DNA of 52,471 bases from Eubacteriales bacterium (GTDB lineage Bacteria; Bacillota; Clostridia; Oscillospirales; CAG-272), in contig JBGVLA010000108.1 in the NCBI GenBank assembly GCA_045124015.1, forward strand, positions 1-52,471, given 5' to 3'. The notes under the pieces were generated by a model. The model was not told the origin of the DNA, did no database searches, and was given only the letters and a program-made list of their open reading frames with translations. Below are positions 1 to 10,427 of this stretch, piece after piece (positions within the stretch are counted from its first letter, which is position 1; each line of letters begins with the position of its first letter). Both the position numbers and the translations under genes were made by a program.

Positions 1-20
1 AGGATGACGTTTAATTTCAT

Positions 21-53
21 AAAAAGATCGACAGTGAGAGCTGTCGATTTTTT
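21..53. terminator. Bidirectional intrinsic terminator
   Basis: ATCGACAG-tgagag-CTGTCGAT stem with an A-run before and a T-run after; lies downstream of the minus-strand MFS gene. Confidence 0.7.
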
Positions 54-147
54 ATTTATATAAATTCAACGAGTTCAAATTTTTATTTTTGAAAGAAAAA
101 AGTTGCAAAAAGAAAAGGCGGTCAAAGACCGCCTTAAAAAAATCATA

Positions 148-1410
148 TCAAAGTACGTTTCTCGTGGTTTCGGTGCGTTTCGCAAGGATCGAACCGACGA
201 AAGAGATCACAATGGACACGACCGCAACCGACGCGACCACAAGCAAAACCGTCTGCCAGTTTGCCTTTTCCGCGATAAGACCAAGTCCGTATGTACTGCA
301 AATACTGCCAACGTAGCAACAAGCATCCAGAAGTGCGGAGATGCTGCCGACGTTGCCGTACTGACGGATGCTGAAGGGGATCACGCTGGTCGTCAGATTG
401 ATGATACAGCAGATCATAAGATACATGAGCGCAAAGCAAAGGATCGTAACAGCCGTCAGCTTATACGGATACAGCGCGATGATGGTGATCAAAAGCGCGG
501 AAGCGATCAAAAAGAAGAGCGATTCCAGGCGAAGATGCCCTTTGATCTTTTGATTGAGCTTTCTGACGAGCATTGCACCGAAAAGCGAAATGACGGGCAA
601 GATCATCGTCAAAACAATGGAAAGCGATTCACGGACACCAAATTCTTCTTTGAGAATGGTAGGAAGCCACGTTACGACGCCGTCGCGGATGAACGCGCAA
701 AAGGCGGCGCAAACACAAGCAAAAACGAAAACAAGCGTGAAATAACGGGTAAAAAGATGGATCTTTTGCGCGCTTGTCGCGTTTGCTACAGGAACAGGCT
801 CATCCACTTCGATCGCACCAAAGGAATGGAACGCGACCTCTGTATAACGAACACCTGCATACCAAAGAACGGCAACACCGATGAGAAGTGCAGACGCTAC
901 GTAGAAAAGCATACGCCACGTGATACCAAGCTCGGTGAAAATCGCAGAAAGTCCGTAACAAACGAGCGTACCGATGGCAAGCGTCATACAGTTCCAAACG
1001 ATGGCGCGGCTGACCTCTGCCTTGGAAAGATATTTCGATTGGATATTCAGGATGCTGCACCAAAGCGTACTCTGCACAAGACCGTTGACGAGCCAAACGA
1101 TCTGCATCGCGGCGATGCTATCAAGAAGTCCAATGCCGAGGTTACAAAGCCCCGAAACAGTCATGGAAAAAGCAACGACATACTTGGGGTTATAATAACG
1201 GGACAAAAATGCGTTCAGGAGCTGACCTGCCGCATAGCTGAAAAAGAAGAAGGAGCTGACCATACCGCCTTCATCCTTGGTAATACCGAAATCCGCAATG
1301 ATGGATACGAGATTTGCTTGATAACCAAGTCTGCCAACGTATGCCATGGAATACGTCAGACAGCAAAGCAGAATGAGCATTGTCGATCTCTTTCTGTCAA
1401 GAACTTTCAT
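148..1410 (-). CDS. MFS transporter (sugar-phosphate/organophosphate permease-like)
   Basis: 420 aa, about 12 hydrophobic segments, MFS-like N-terminal pattern (YSMAYVGRLGY...SSFFFFSYAAGQLLN); AAAGGA RBS upstream. Confidence 0.85.
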   Translation of the reverse strand: MKVLDRKRSTMLILLCCLTYSMAYVGRLGYQANLVSIIADFGITKDEGGMVSSFFFFSYAAGQLLNAFLSRYYNPKYVVAFSMTVSGLCNLGIGLLDSIAAMQIVWLVNGLVQSTLWCSILNIQSKYLSKAEVSRAIVWNCMTLAIGTLVCYGLSAIFTELGITWRMLFYVASALLIGVAVLWYAGVRYTEVAFHSFGAIEVDEPVPVANATSAQKIHLFTRYFTLVFVFACVCAAFCAFIRDGVVTWLPTILKEEFGVRESLSIVLTMILPVISLFGAMLVRKLNQKIKGHLRLESLFFLIASALLITIIALYPYKLTAVTILCFALMYLMICCIINLTTSVIPFSIRQYGNVGSISALLDACCYVGSICSTYGLGLIAEKANWQTVLLVVASVAVVSIVISFVGSILAKRTETTRNVL

Positions 1411-1453
1411 AGTTTATAGATCCTTTCGGGTATTTTGAAATCAAGTACCTTAT

Positions 1454-1482
1454 ATTTTATCATATCAAGAATCAAAAGTCAA
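1454..1482 (-). promoter_or_regulatory. Sigma-A promoter of the MFS gene
   Basis: TTGACT-17 nt-TAAAAT with TG extension. Confidence 0.6.
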
Positions 1483-1577
1483 CAAAATCACCCGTTTGTT
1501 TTACAGAAAAGGCAAGATTTCTCTTGTTGTATCCCCAAAAATATGGTAAAATCATCATGATAAAGGAGAGGATCGTC

Positions 1578-2273
1578 ATGTATACAGAAATCGAAAAACG
1601 AGTACAACAAGAATTATTCGCCCTTGCTGATGAAGCCTATCGGGATTTTCAAGCCCTTCTCGTTCCCAATGTTGAAAAAGAACGTATCCTCGGCGTGCGC
1701 ACGCCCATTTTGCGTAGATTTGCGGGCGCTTTTGCCAAAACAGACGATGCGTCGGCGTTTTGCTCTGCGCTTCCGCACCGCTATTATGATGAAAATAATC
1801 TCCATGCGTTTTTGGTGGAAAAGATACGGGATATCGATGCTTTGGAGGCGGCGCTCGACCGCTTTCTCCCTTATGTAGATAATTGGGCGACGTGCGACTC
1901 GATGAATCCGAAAATTTTTGCCAAATATCCCGAAAAACGCCTCATGATAGCGAAAAAATGGATCGCTTCCAATCATACTTATACCATTCGTTACGGCATG
2001 GGTATCCTCATGCGATATGACCTTGGAGAAACCTTTACGCCCGACATTCTGACGCTCATCACATCGGTCAGATCGGAGGAATACTACGTCAATATGATGC
2101 AGGCGTGGTTTTTGGCGACTGCGCTTGCAAAGCAATGGGATGCCACGCTCCCCTATCTCACGGAGAAAAGGCTTCCCGTTTGGATACATAACAAAACGAT
2201 ACAAAAAGCCATAGAAAGCTATCGCATCACGGCAGAGCAAAAGGATTTTTTAAGAACGCTGAAGATCAAATAG
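1578..2273 (+). CDS. DNA alkylation repair protein (AlkD-like HEAT-repeat glycosylase)
   Basis: Motifs ILGVRTP, FLPYVDNWATCD and EEYYVNMMQAWFLATAL typical of the DNA_alkylation family; start moved to the ATG after the AGGAGAGG RBS. Confidence 0.88.
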   Translation: MYTEIEKRVQQELFALADEAYRDFQALLVPNVEKERILGVRTPILRRFAGAFAKTDDASAFCSALPHRYYDENNLHAFLVEKIRDIDALEAALDRFLPYVDNWATCDSMNPKIFAKYPEKRLMIAKKWIASNHTYTIRYGMGILMRYDLGETFTPDILTLITSVRSEEYYVNMMQAWFLATALAKQWDATLPYLTEKRLPVWIHNKTIQKAIESYRITAEQKDFLRTLKIK

Positions 2274-2516
2274 ATTCATCGGGCGATTTATGAATCGCCA
2301 CTATTCTGTAACACTACACAAAAGCCCTTTTTTGGGATTTTTGCATCAAAGGCATACAATTCTCGGAAAACGAGAGAGATTTTCGGTTTATGGGGTGGAA
2401 AATCCTCACTCGATATGCGAAAATAAAGACAGAAAAAGGGCACCGCCCCAGCATATCTGCGCCAAAGCCGGCTTGGCACAGATCTCAAAAACGCCGTATT
2501 ACGGCAGGAGGTACTT

Positions 2517-3830
2517 ATGGAAAAGAAAACGATCGGCGCATTTATCGCCGTCTTACGAAAAGCAAACGGTATGACCCAGCGTGAGCTTGCGGAAAAGCTC
2601 AACGTATCCGACAAAGCGGTCAGCAGATGGGAGCGCGACGAATGTGCGCCCGACCTTTCGCTGATCCCCGTGATCGCGGAGATCTTCAATATTACGACAG
2701 ACGAGCTTCTCCGTGGAGAACGCAAAACAAAAAATGCGGAGGAAACCGAAGCCCCTGCGGAAGCATCCGTTTATATCCGCGAAAAAAGCAACAAGCAATT
2801 TCAAAATCTCTTACGCACGAAGCTCATGCGTCTGCACGAGCGCAGTATGATCTCCTATGGTCTGATGTTCGTGGGATTTATCGTCGCGCTCATTTGCAAT
2901 CTTGTATTCACCAAAGCCGTCCTCGGCTTCTTCCTTGCGCTCGTTTGTTATGCGGCGGCGCTCATTACGGAGATATGCTTTTTGCGCCGCGCAAAGCTCG
3001 ACGAGGACGATGCTTTTGACTATGGAAAATGGCTGACCTATCAAAACGATATCGTCCGCATCGGCGAAAGATCCTTTTTCGTCCTTTGGATGTTCCTCGG
3101 CGTTACGCTTCCGTTCCTTATTGCGATCGGCATCAGCGGTGTCAACGCAGGACTTGAGTTTGGGGCATATCTTCTTCTCGCTTTGATCTTCGGCGTGATA
3201 TTCTTGATCGTGGGCTATATGCTCCTTACGTTCATGGTCCAGCCAAAGCTCATGCAAGCGGGATTGCTCTTTTTGACCGACTCCGAAAAGGAAAATCACA
3301 AGGCAAAACGCAAGCTCCTCAAAAAGACCGTCCTTGCTTCGGGTATTTCCGCTCTTTGTCTGGTGCTTTGCGCGGCGTTTCTTTTGGAATCCATGACCGC
3401 TTTGTCCACGGTCTTTGCCGAGCGTATCCGTTTTGATGATTACGAATCCTATAAGGCATTTATGGAAACGCCTGCGGGGAGATTTGAGGATTGGGACGGT
3501 GGCTTTGAAATCAGCTATACCCAACCCGTTTCGCCTTCTGATGAAGAATGGGTCGATGAGGATTACACTTATTATCCGAAAGATACCGTAACCGACAAGG
3601 ACGGCAACGTCCTTTGCGAATATGTCCGCCGAAACGAATCCGTTTGGGTAACGGAATATTCCTTTGATGAAAGCGCGGACGGTCTACCCATCTTCGTTAC
3701 CACACGCGAAGCACACCGCGCCGTTGCAAATGTCGTTGAATGTATCGCCATCGCGCTCGGTATCCTTGCCGCGGCAGATGTACTCCTTGCCATCGTGATC
3801 TATATCAAAAAAGCAAAAAAATACGCTTAA
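2517..3830 (+). CDS. XRE-family HTH protein fused to a multi-pass membrane/extracytoplasmic domain
   Basis: N-terminal IGAFIAVLRKANGMTQRELAEKLNVSDKAVSRWE HTH followed by several TM helices; GGAGG RBS. Confidence 0.85.
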   Translation: MEKKTIGAFIAVLRKANGMTQRELAEKLNVSDKAVSRWERDECAPDLSLIPVIAEIFNITTDELLRGERKTKNAEETEAPAEASVYIREKSNKQFQNLLRTKLMRLHERSMISYGLMFVGFIVALICNLVFTKAVLGFFLALVCYAAALITEICFLRRAKLDEDDAFDYGKWLTYQNDIVRIGERSFFVLWMFLGVTLPFLIAIGISGVNAGLEFGAYLLLALIFGVIFLIVGYMLLTFMVQPKLMQAGLLFLTDSEKENHKAKRKLLKKTVLASGISALCLVLCAAFLLESMTALSTVFAERIRFDDYESYKAFMETPAGRFEDWDGGFEISYTQPVSPSDEEWVDEDYTYYPKDTVTDKDGNVLCEYVRRNESVWVTEYSFDESADGLPIFVTTREAHRAVANVVECIAIALGILAAADVLLAIVIYIKKAKKYA

Positions 3831-3866
3831 ATATAAAAAACGGGCATTTTTGCCCGTTTTTTATAT
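3831..3866. terminator. Bidirectional terminator between convergent genes
   Basis: ATATAAAAAACGGGCA-tttt-TGCCCGTTTTTTATAT perfect inverted repeat. Confidence 0.85.
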
Positions 3867-4559
3867 TTAAGCATCATTTTCCTGTCTCTTGCGCATCTTC
3901 TTCCATTGAATAAAACCATAAAGGTCATTGCAGAGAAACATGAGAAAGCAAGCGATCATCGGTGCAGACGAAGGATCCTCAAACGCCGCCATGACCCAAA
4001 GCGTAATGAGCACGATATCGTTTGCCGCATATGCCAACGCATACATGGGACTGCGAAAGATCAAAAGCGCGGAGGCAAGAAAGCTCGTCGCAACGGAAAA
4101 GGTGCTGACGATCAGATTCGCCGTACCAAGCGCACCCAAGATATAGTAAAATGCCCACGTGATCGCACCCGTTACCAAAAAGAGAACGACGGTCTTCCCT
4201 TTTGTCAGCCTTGCAACCTTGACCTCGGCAGATTTTTTATAAGGGTTGCGGATCCAAGAGATCGTAGCAACGAGCGCCGCAGGCGCACTCATGCCGAGAT
4301 AGGTGATCATCTCTCCGTAATATCTGGCGGAGAACGAAACGATTCCATAAAAAACCGCGAAAATGATGCACAAGATCTGTCCCAAAACATAACCCTTTGC
4401 AACAAAAATGAGCGCCGTTACGCCGATAAACGAAGCGATCATGGAAAGCACATCGGGCTTTGGCACGACGAGCGAGGACGTAATGATGACCGCCACGGAG
4501 ACGAGCCACAAGCCCCATTCAAATTTCGTCAAAGCACGAAAAGAATCTTTAATATTCAT
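3867..4559 (-). CDS. pnuC: PnuC-family transporter (likely the guanidine-IV-associated subgroup)
   Basis: About 230 aa with ~7 TM helices, PnuC-like motifs (GVTALIFVAKG, YYGEMITY, YAANDIVLI, NDLYGFIQW); AAGGAG RBS 7 nt before ATG 4559. Confidence 0.82.
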   Translation of the reverse strand: MNIKDSFRALTKFEWGLWLVSVAVIITSSLVVPKPDVLSMIASFIGVTALIFVAKGYVLGQILCIIFAVFYGIVSFSARYYGEMITYLGMSAPAALVATISWIRNPYKKSAEVKVARLTKGKTVVLFLVTGAITWAFYYILGALGTANLIVSTFSVATSFLASALLIFRSPMYALAYAANDIVLITLWVMAAFEDPSSAPMIACFLMFLCNDLYGFIQWKKMRKRQENDA

Positions 4560-4575
4560 CAAAATACTCCTTTAC

Positions 4576-4665
4576 AAAAGAAAAACATCCGAAAATACAT
4601 CTTCTATGACCTAACGATGTATTCGGATGCTTACGCATTTTGTTACCCGGTGGCAACTTTATATA
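4576..4665 (-). ncRNA. Guanidine-IV (GGAM-1/mepA-type) riboswitch with integral terminator
   Basis: P1 GTTGCC-ACCG-GGTAAC, AAAATG linker, then terminator hairpin CATCCGAATACATC/GATGTATTTTCGGATG whose loop carries AGGT (complementary to the P1 loop ACC), followed by TTTTTCTTTT; sits upstream of a PnuC-like gene, a typical guanidine-IV context. Confidence 0.78.
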
Positions 4666-4673
4666 ATGATATC

Positions 4674-4701
4674 ATTGTAGCATATTTTTGATAAATTGCA
4701 A
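4674..4701 (-). promoter_or_regulatory. Sigma-A promoter for the riboswitch-pnuC transcript
   Basis: TTGCAA-16 nt-TACAAT with TGn extended -10. Confidence 0.6.
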
Positions 4702-4805
4702 GAGCTTTTTGAAAATTTCTTCTTTTTCATATAGGTTCAAAACATATTTTATCATATTTTGTGCGAAAGTGTTAAGATTCGTTTCAATTTTTTTACGAAT
4801 AAAAA

Positions 4806-4857
4806 AATCAATATCCTGTGTTTTCATATTGACAAAAGCACAGGATATTGATATAAT
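4806..4857 (+). promoter_or_regulatory. nrdD promoter overlapped by two NrdR boxes
   Basis: Perfect TTGACA(4829)-17-TATAAT(4852); boxes AATCAATATCCTGTGT (4806-4821) and GCACAGGATATTGATA (4838-4853), 32 bp apart, match the NrdR consensus acaCwAtATaTwGtg. Confidence 0.85.
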
Positions 4858-4934
4858 ATGTAAACAAAGCCCAAAATCATGCAATCCATCAAACATTTAT
4901 GATATAAAATTTTGTAAAAGAAAAGGAGACCGCT

Positions 4935-7109
4935 ATGAAAATCATCAAGCGCAACGGTGCAGAGGTTATATTCGACCCCAACAAGATCATTATCGCCGTT
5001 ACCAAGGCAAACGAAAGCGTTGTTCCAAGCGCTCGTCTCACCCCTGTGCAGATCAAACGTATCGCAGAAGACGTGGAAAGCGCCGCACTCAATATCAACC
5101 GTTCCCTCAGCGTTGAAGAAATTCAAGACATGGTAGAAGATCAGATCATGAATCTCCGCGCGTTTGACGTAGCAAGACGTTACATCACCTATCGCTACAA
5201 CCGTGCGCTCGTTCGTAAGTCCAACACCACCGACGAACAGATCATGACCCTCATCGAATGTAACAACGAAGAGGTCAAGCAGGAAAACTCCAATAAAAAT
5301 CCGACCGTCAACAGCGTTCAGCGCGACTATATGGCAGGTGAAGTCAGCAAGGATATCACGAGAAGAATCCTTCTACCCGCAGACGTCGTTGCCGCACACG
5401 ATCAAGGCATCATCCATTTCCATGACGCGGACTATTTCGCACAGCATATGCACAACTGCGATCTCGTCAATCTCGAGGATATGCTCCAGAACGGCACCGT
5501 TATCAGCGGCACCATGATCGAAAAGCCTCACAGCTTTTCCACCGCGTGCAATATCGCAACGCAGATCATCGCGCAAGTCGCATCCTGTCAGTACGGCGGT
5601 CAGAGCATCAGCCTTACCCACCTCGCACCCTTTGTTGACGTCAGCCGTCAGAAGCTCCGCCGCCGCGTACGCGAGGAGCTCAAATCTCTCGACGGTATCA
5701 ACGAAGAAAAGATCAATGAAATCGCCGAAGTTCGTCTCCACGAAGAGATCGAACGCGGTATTCAGATGATCCAGTATCAGGTCGTAACCCTCATGACCAC
5801 AAACGGTCAGGCACCCTTCGTTACCGTTTTCATGTATCTCGGCGAAGCGAAGACCGAGCAGGAAAAATACGATCTCGCACTCATCATCGAGGAAACGCTC
5901 AAGCAGCGTTATAAAGGCGTTAAAAACGAAAAGGGCGTATGGGTAACCCCCGCATTCCCGAAGCTCATTTACGTCCTTGAGGAAGACAACATCTACGAGG
6001 ACAGTCGCTACTATTATCTCACAAAGCTCGCTGCAAAATGCACCGCAAAGCGCATGGTTCCCGATTACATCTCCGAAAAAATCATGCTTCAGAATAAGAT
6101 CGACAAAAACGGAGAGGGACACTGCTATACCTGCATGGGCTGCCGCAGCTTCCTCACACCTTACGTTGATGAAAACGGCAAGCCGAAATATTACGGCAGA
6201 TTCAATCAGGGCGTCGTTACCGTCAACCTTGTCGATATCGGTCTTTCCGCGGAAGGCGATATGAATAAATTCTGGCAAATTTTCGATGATCGCATGGAGC
6301 TTTGCCATAAAGCGCTCCAGTGCCGTCATGAACGACTCACAGGCACACTTTCCGATGCCGCGCCCATCCTTTGGCAGCATGGCGCACTCCTTCGTCTTGA
6401 AAAAGGCGAGACCATCGACAAATATCTCCACGGCGGTTATTCCACCCTCTCTCTCGGTTATGCAGGTCTTTGGGAATGTGTTTATGCGCTCATCGGCAAA
6501 AAGCTCACCGAGCCCGCAGGCGAAGAGCTTGGTCTTGAGATCATGAAAAAGCTCAACGAATACACCGCAAAATGGAAAGCGGCAGAAAACATCGACTATT
6601 CCCTTTACGGTACACCGCTTGAAAGCACGACCTATAAATTCGCAAAATGTCTCCAGAGCCGCTTCGGCATCATCAAAAACGTAACCGACAAAAATTACAT
6701 CACGAACAGCTATCACGTTCACGTTACCGAGCCTATCGACGCATTCGACAAGCTCGCGCTCGAAGCAAAATTTCAGGCGCTCTCCCCCGGCGGCGCGATC
6801 TCCTATGTAGAAGTTCCCAATATGCAGAACAACCTCGATGCCGTTATGTCCGTGATGCGCTTCATCTATGACAACATCATGTACGCCGAGCTCAACACCA
6901 AGAGCGACTTCTGCCAAGAATGCGGCTACGACGGCGAGATCGAGATCCGAAGCGACGAGGACGGCAAGCTCGTTTGGGAATGTCCGAACTGCGGAAACCG
7001 CGATCAGAGCAAGATGAACGTTGCCAGACGAACCTGCGGTTATATCGGCACACAGTTCTGGAACCAAGGCAGAACGCAAGAGATCAAAGAACGTGTTCTT
7101 CACCTCTGA
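4935..7109 (+). CDS. nrdD: Anaerobic (class III) ribonucleoside-triphosphate reductase
   Basis: N-terminal ATP cone (MKIIKRNG), CMGCRSFL, C-terminal CxxC...CxxC and RRTCGYIG glycyl-radical motif. Confidence 0.97.
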   Translation: MKIIKRNGAEVIFDPNKIIIAVTKANESVVPSARLTPVQIKRIAEDVESAALNINRSLSVEEIQDMVEDQIMNLRAFDVARRYITYRYNRALVRKSNTTDEQIMTLIECNNEEVKQENSNKNPTVNSVQRDYMAGEVSKDITRRILLPADVVAAHDQGIIHFHDADYFAQHMHNCDLVNLEDMLQNGTVISGTMIEKPHSFSTACNIATQIIAQVASCQYGGQSISLTHLAPFVDVSRQKLRRRVREELKSLDGINEEKINEIAEVRLHEEIERGIQMIQYQVVTLMTTNGQAPFVTVFMYLGEAKTEQEKYDLALIIEETLKQRYKGVKNEKGVWVTPAFPKLIYVLEEDNIYEDSRYYYLTKLAAKCTAKRMVPDYISEKIMLQNKIDKNGEGHCYTCMGCRSFLTPYVDENGKPKYYGRFNQGVVTVNLVDIGLSAEGDMNKFWQIFDDRMELCHKALQCRHERLTGTLSDAAPILWQHGALLRLEKGETIDKYLHGGYSTLSLGYAGLWECVYALIGKKLTEPAGEELGLEIMKKLNEYTAKWKAAENIDYSLYGTPLESTTYKFAKCLQSRFGIIKNVTDKNYITNSYHVHVTEPIDAFDKLALEAKFQALSPGGAISYVEVPNMQNNLDAVMSVMRFIYDNIMYAELNTKSDFCQECGYDGEIEIRSDEDGKLVWECPNCGNRDQSKMNVARRTCGYIGTQFWNQGRTQEIKERVLHL

Positions 7110-7140
7110 TCATACATAAATACATTTTTGATTACATATT

Positions 7141-7704
7141 ATGAATTACGCAACCATCAAAAAATTTGATATTGCCAACGGTGTTGGGGTCCGCGTGTCG
7201 CTTTTTGTCAGCGGATGCCGCCACCATTGCAAGGGATGCTTCAACCCCGAGCAATGGAGCTTTGATTACGGTACGCCCTTCACAGAAAACACCGTAACGG
7301 AGATCGTAAACGCGCTCGATCATGATTATATCACAGGGCTTTCTCTCCTCGGCGGTGAGCCGATGGAGCCCGAGCATCAAGAAGGACTTCTCCATCTTGT
7401 GGAAACGGTAAAGGCAAAGCTCCCCCAAAAGACGATCTGGTGCTATTCGGGCTTTTCCTTCGAAAACGATCTGCTCCCCGGCAGGGTCGGCAATCCCGAA
7501 ACGCTAAGGAAATTACTTTCACACCTGGATGTTCTCGTGGATGGGAAATTCGTGGAGGAGCTCAAGGATCCTTCGCTTCTCTTCCGAGGCTCATCCAATC
7601 AAAATATCATCGACGTCCCGAAATCTCTCGCGCAAAACAAGCTCGTTCCGCTCGAGGGTACGTGGAAACGTGCGATGGGAAGCGGCGATATTCACGCCGA
7701 TTAA
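7141..7704 (+). CDS. nrdG: Anaerobic RNR activating protein (radical SAM)
   Basis: NGVGVRVSLFVSGCRHHCKGCFN, LLGGEP, FRGSSNQ; follows nrdD. Confidence 0.96.
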   Translation: MNYATIKKFDIANGVGVRVSLFVSGCRHHCKGCFNPEQWSFDYGTPFTENTVTEIVNALDHDYITGLSLLGGEPMEPEHQEGLLHLVETVKAKLPQKTIWCYSGFSFENDLLPGRVGNPETLRKLLSHLDVLVDGKFVEELKDPSLLFRGSSNQNIIDVPKSLAQNKLVPLEGTWKRAMGSGDIHAD

Positions 7705-7743
7705 CAACTTGCTATTTCTTCTGATAAGTATATTGTCTCCCGA

Positions 7744-7780
7744 AAAATGACCGATGTGATCAGCATCGGTCATTTTCCTT
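7744..7780 (+). terminator. Terminator after nrdG
   Basis: AAAATGACCGATG/CATCGGTCATTTT 13-bp stem. Confidence 0.7.
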
Positions 7781-7910
7781 TGCAAAAATTCAATATTTTT
7801 TGCATTTTTCGTGATTTTTTCAAAAAAATTATTAAAAAGCCATTCATTTTTTGTTGGTTTTACTATATAATATATTTATGATAGAAAAATTGCGCATGGA
7901 GGAGCTTGAT

Positions 7911-9404
7911 ATGAAAAAATATATCCTAGCCCTGGACGAGGGCACGACCAGCACCCGTTCCATTCTCTTTGATCAAAACGGAAAGATCGTTTCCAAGGCG
8001 CAAAAGGAATTCACACAGTTTTATCCCACGGCAGGCTACGTCGAGCATGATGCGCTTGAAATCTACGCTTCTCAATACGCGACCATGACGGAAGCCGTCA
8101 TCACAGCAGGCATCGCGCCCGAGGAAATCGCCGCCGTCGGCATCACCAATCAACGCGAGACCACCGTCGTTTGGAACAAACGAACGGGCAGACCCATTTA
8201 TAACGCCATCGTTTGGCAATGTCGCCGTACAGCCGATTTTTGTGAAAAGCTTCGCGCAGGCGGCCATGCCGAAACGATACGAAATATATCGGGGCTTCCC
8301 ATCGATGCGTATTTTTCCGGCACCAAGATCCGCTGGATCCTTGACCACGTGTCAGGTGCGCGAGAGATGGCAGAAAAGGACGAGCTCCTCTTCGGCACGA
8401 TCGACACATGGCTCATCTGGAAGCTGACGGGCGGAAAGGTTCACGCAACGGATATCACAAACGCTTCCAGAACCATGCTTTTCAATATCCATACGCTTGA
8501 TTGGGACGACACCTTACTTTCTCTTTTGGATATTCCGCGCTCGATGCTCCCCGAGGTAAAGATGAGCGGCGATGATTTCGGTACGCTTTCCCTTCTCGGT
8601 GCCGAAATTCCGATCCGAGGTGTCGCAGGCGACCAACAAGCCGCCCTTTTTGGACAAGCCGCCTTTGAGGTCGGCGATGCCAAGAATACGTATGGAACAG
8701 GTTGTTTTCTCCTCATGAACACAGGAGAAGCGCCTTGTGAGGATAACGGCGGACTCATCACCACCCTTGCCGCCACAGAGAAAGGACACGCCGTGCAATA
8801 CGCGCTGGAAGGCAGTGTATTCGTCGGCGGTGCGGTCATCGGATGGCTCCGCGATGAGCTCGGTTTTCTCAGAGATTCCGCTGATTCTGAATATTTTGCA
8901 AAAAAAGTACCCGATAATGGCGGTGTATACGTCGTTCCCGCGTTCGCAGGACTCGGCGCACCGTATTGGGATATGTACGCCAGAGGTACGATCGTCGGAC
9001 TCACACGCGGAAGCGGAAGAAACCATATCATCCGTGCGGCGTTGGAATCCATCGCATATCAGACAGAGGATATCCTTTCCGCGATGCAAAACGCCACAAA
9101 AACACCGATGAAAACGCTCAAGGTGGACGGCGGTGCATCCAAAAACCGTTTTTTGATGCAATTTCAAGCCGATATTTCCCGCGTTGAAGTGCTCCGATCC
9201 GACGAAACGGAAGCAACAGCGCTCGGAGCGGCGTATCTTGCAGGCCTTTCCGTCGGACTTTGGAAGGATCGCACGGAGCTATGCGGTCTGCATCAGACAG
9301 ATGAATGTTTTTCGCCCATGATGGACGAAGATACCAAAAATAAATATCTCGAGGGCTGGCATCGAGCAGCCGCGAGAGCAATGAATTGGGAGGTGCCCGT
9401 ATGA
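7911..9404 (+). CDS. glpK: Glycerol kinase
   Basis: [50 protein letters not shown]; start after the GGAGGAG RBS. Confidence 0.96.
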   Translation: MKKYILALDEGTTSTRSILFDQNGKIVSKAQKEFTQFYPTAGYVEHDALEIYASQYATMTEAVITAGIAPEEIAAVGITNQRETTVVWNKRTGRPIYNAIVWQCRRTADFCEKLRAGGHAETIRNISGLPIDAYFSGTKIRWILDHVSGAREMAEKDELLFGTIDTWLIWKLTGGKVHATDITNASRTMLFNIHTLDWDDTLLSLLDIPRSMLPEVKMSGDDFGTLSLLGAEIPIRGVAGDQQAALFGQAAFEVGDAKNTYGTGCFLLMNTGEAPCEDNGGLITTLAATEKGHAVQYALEGSVFVGGAVIGWLRDELGFLRDSADSEYFAKKVPDNGGVYVVPAFAGLGAPYWDMYARGTIVGLTRGSGRNHIIRAALESIAYQTEDILSAMQNATKTPMKTLKVDGGASKNRFLMQFQADISRVEVLRSDETEATALGAAYLAGLSVGLWKDRTELCGLHQTDECFSPMMDEDTKNKYLEGWHRAAARAMNWEVPV

Positions 9405-10345
9405 CCCCGATCACATATACCGTCGAATCCATAGAAGTTCCCTCCACAGACGGCATCCATACCTTGCGCGGCGTCGTCTATATCCCTTCCTGTAATATTC
9501 CCAAAGGGGTCTTGCAGATCACACACGGAATGGCAGAGCATATCGACCGTTATGCGGATTTCATGGCAAGCGCCGCTTGCGCCGGCTTTGTTGTTTGCGG
9601 TCATGATCATCTCGGCCATGGCAAAACAGCGGAAAACGAGGATGAGCTTGGCTTTTTCGCAGAAAAGGACGGTTGGCGCATCCTGACGAAGGATATTCAC
9701 GCTTTCGGAGAAGCCGTTTCGGAAAATTACATCGGGATCCCTCACTTTTTGCTCGGGCACAGCATGGGCTCTTTTCTTGCCCGTGCGGCGGTAGCCCTGT
9801 ATCCGGGAGCCTTTGATGCGCTCGTCATCATGGGAACGGGCGGTCCCAACGCCCTCTCCACAACGGGTCTTATGCTGACCGCCGCCATCCGCCGTTCTAA
9901 AGGGGATAAGCATATCTCAAAGCTCACACATACACTCACCTTCGGCTCATACAACAAACGAACAGGAAGCCGCGACCCCTTCGCTTGGCTCACCTGCGAC
10001 GAAGAGCTACGGCAAAAGCATAACCAAGATCCGCTTTGTCTCTTCCCTTTCACCGTTTCTGCCATGAATGACCTGATCGCCGTCCAAAAGGCGGTCAACC
10101 AAAAATCGTGGTTTGCCTCGGTGAAAAAGGACCTGCCCATCCTTATCGTTTCCGGCGAGGAGGATCCCGTCGGCAATTACGGAAAAGGTGTCAAAGCCGT
10201 CTATGACGGTTTGATCGATGCAGGCTGTACCAACGTTTCGCTAAAGCTCTACCCCTATATGCGCCATGAGATCTTAAACGAGGTCGAAAGAGAGACCGTA
10301 TATCTCGATATTGAAAATTTTCTTCTTTCTTTGACAAATGATTAA
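9401..10345 (+). CDS. Alpha/beta hydrolase, lysophospholipase/monoglyceride-lipase-like (Hydrolase_4)
   Basis: HGMAEH, DHLGHG, GHSMG nucleophile elbow, GEEDPV, RHEILNE; ATGA overlap with the glpK stop. Confidence 0.9.
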   Translation: MTPITYTVESIEVPSTDGIHTLRGVVYIPSCNIPKGVLQITHGMAEHIDRYADFMASAACAGFVVCGHDHLGHGKTAENEDELGFFAEKDGWRILTKDIHAFGEAVSENYIGIPHFLLGHSMGSFLARAAVALYPGAFDALVIMGTGGPNALSTTGLMLTAAIRRSKGDKHISKLTHTLTFGSYNKRTGSRDPFAWLTCDEELRQKHNQDPLCLFPFTVSAMNDLIAVQKAVNQKSWFASVKKDLPILIVSGEEDPVGNYGKGVKAVYDGLIDAGCTNVSLKLYPYMRHEILNEVERETVYLDIENFLLSLTND

Positions 10346-10427
10346 AATTTTTCCAAAGTTTTTGTCCCTTTTGCCCCTTCGTGTTCGTTATAGTATTTAA
10401 GAATTGTTTTGAACTTGGAGAATATAT

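Noticed and set aside
103-1419. Long antisense ORFs (also 5373-7103, 11420-12784, 16261-17763, 23082-25127, 29022-30533, 30785-32383, 48944-49969)
   Set aside because: They are shadows of well-supported genes on the opposite strand and lack RBSs or recognisable motifs.
4576-4665. NAD+-II or preQ1-type riboswitch, or NrdR-controlled deoxynucleoside PnuC
   Set aside because: GTTGC and ACAAAA are present, but GTTGCC pairs within P1, and the ACCG/AGGT loop pair plus terminator fits guanidine-IV better. The NrdR boxes cover only the nrdD promoter.
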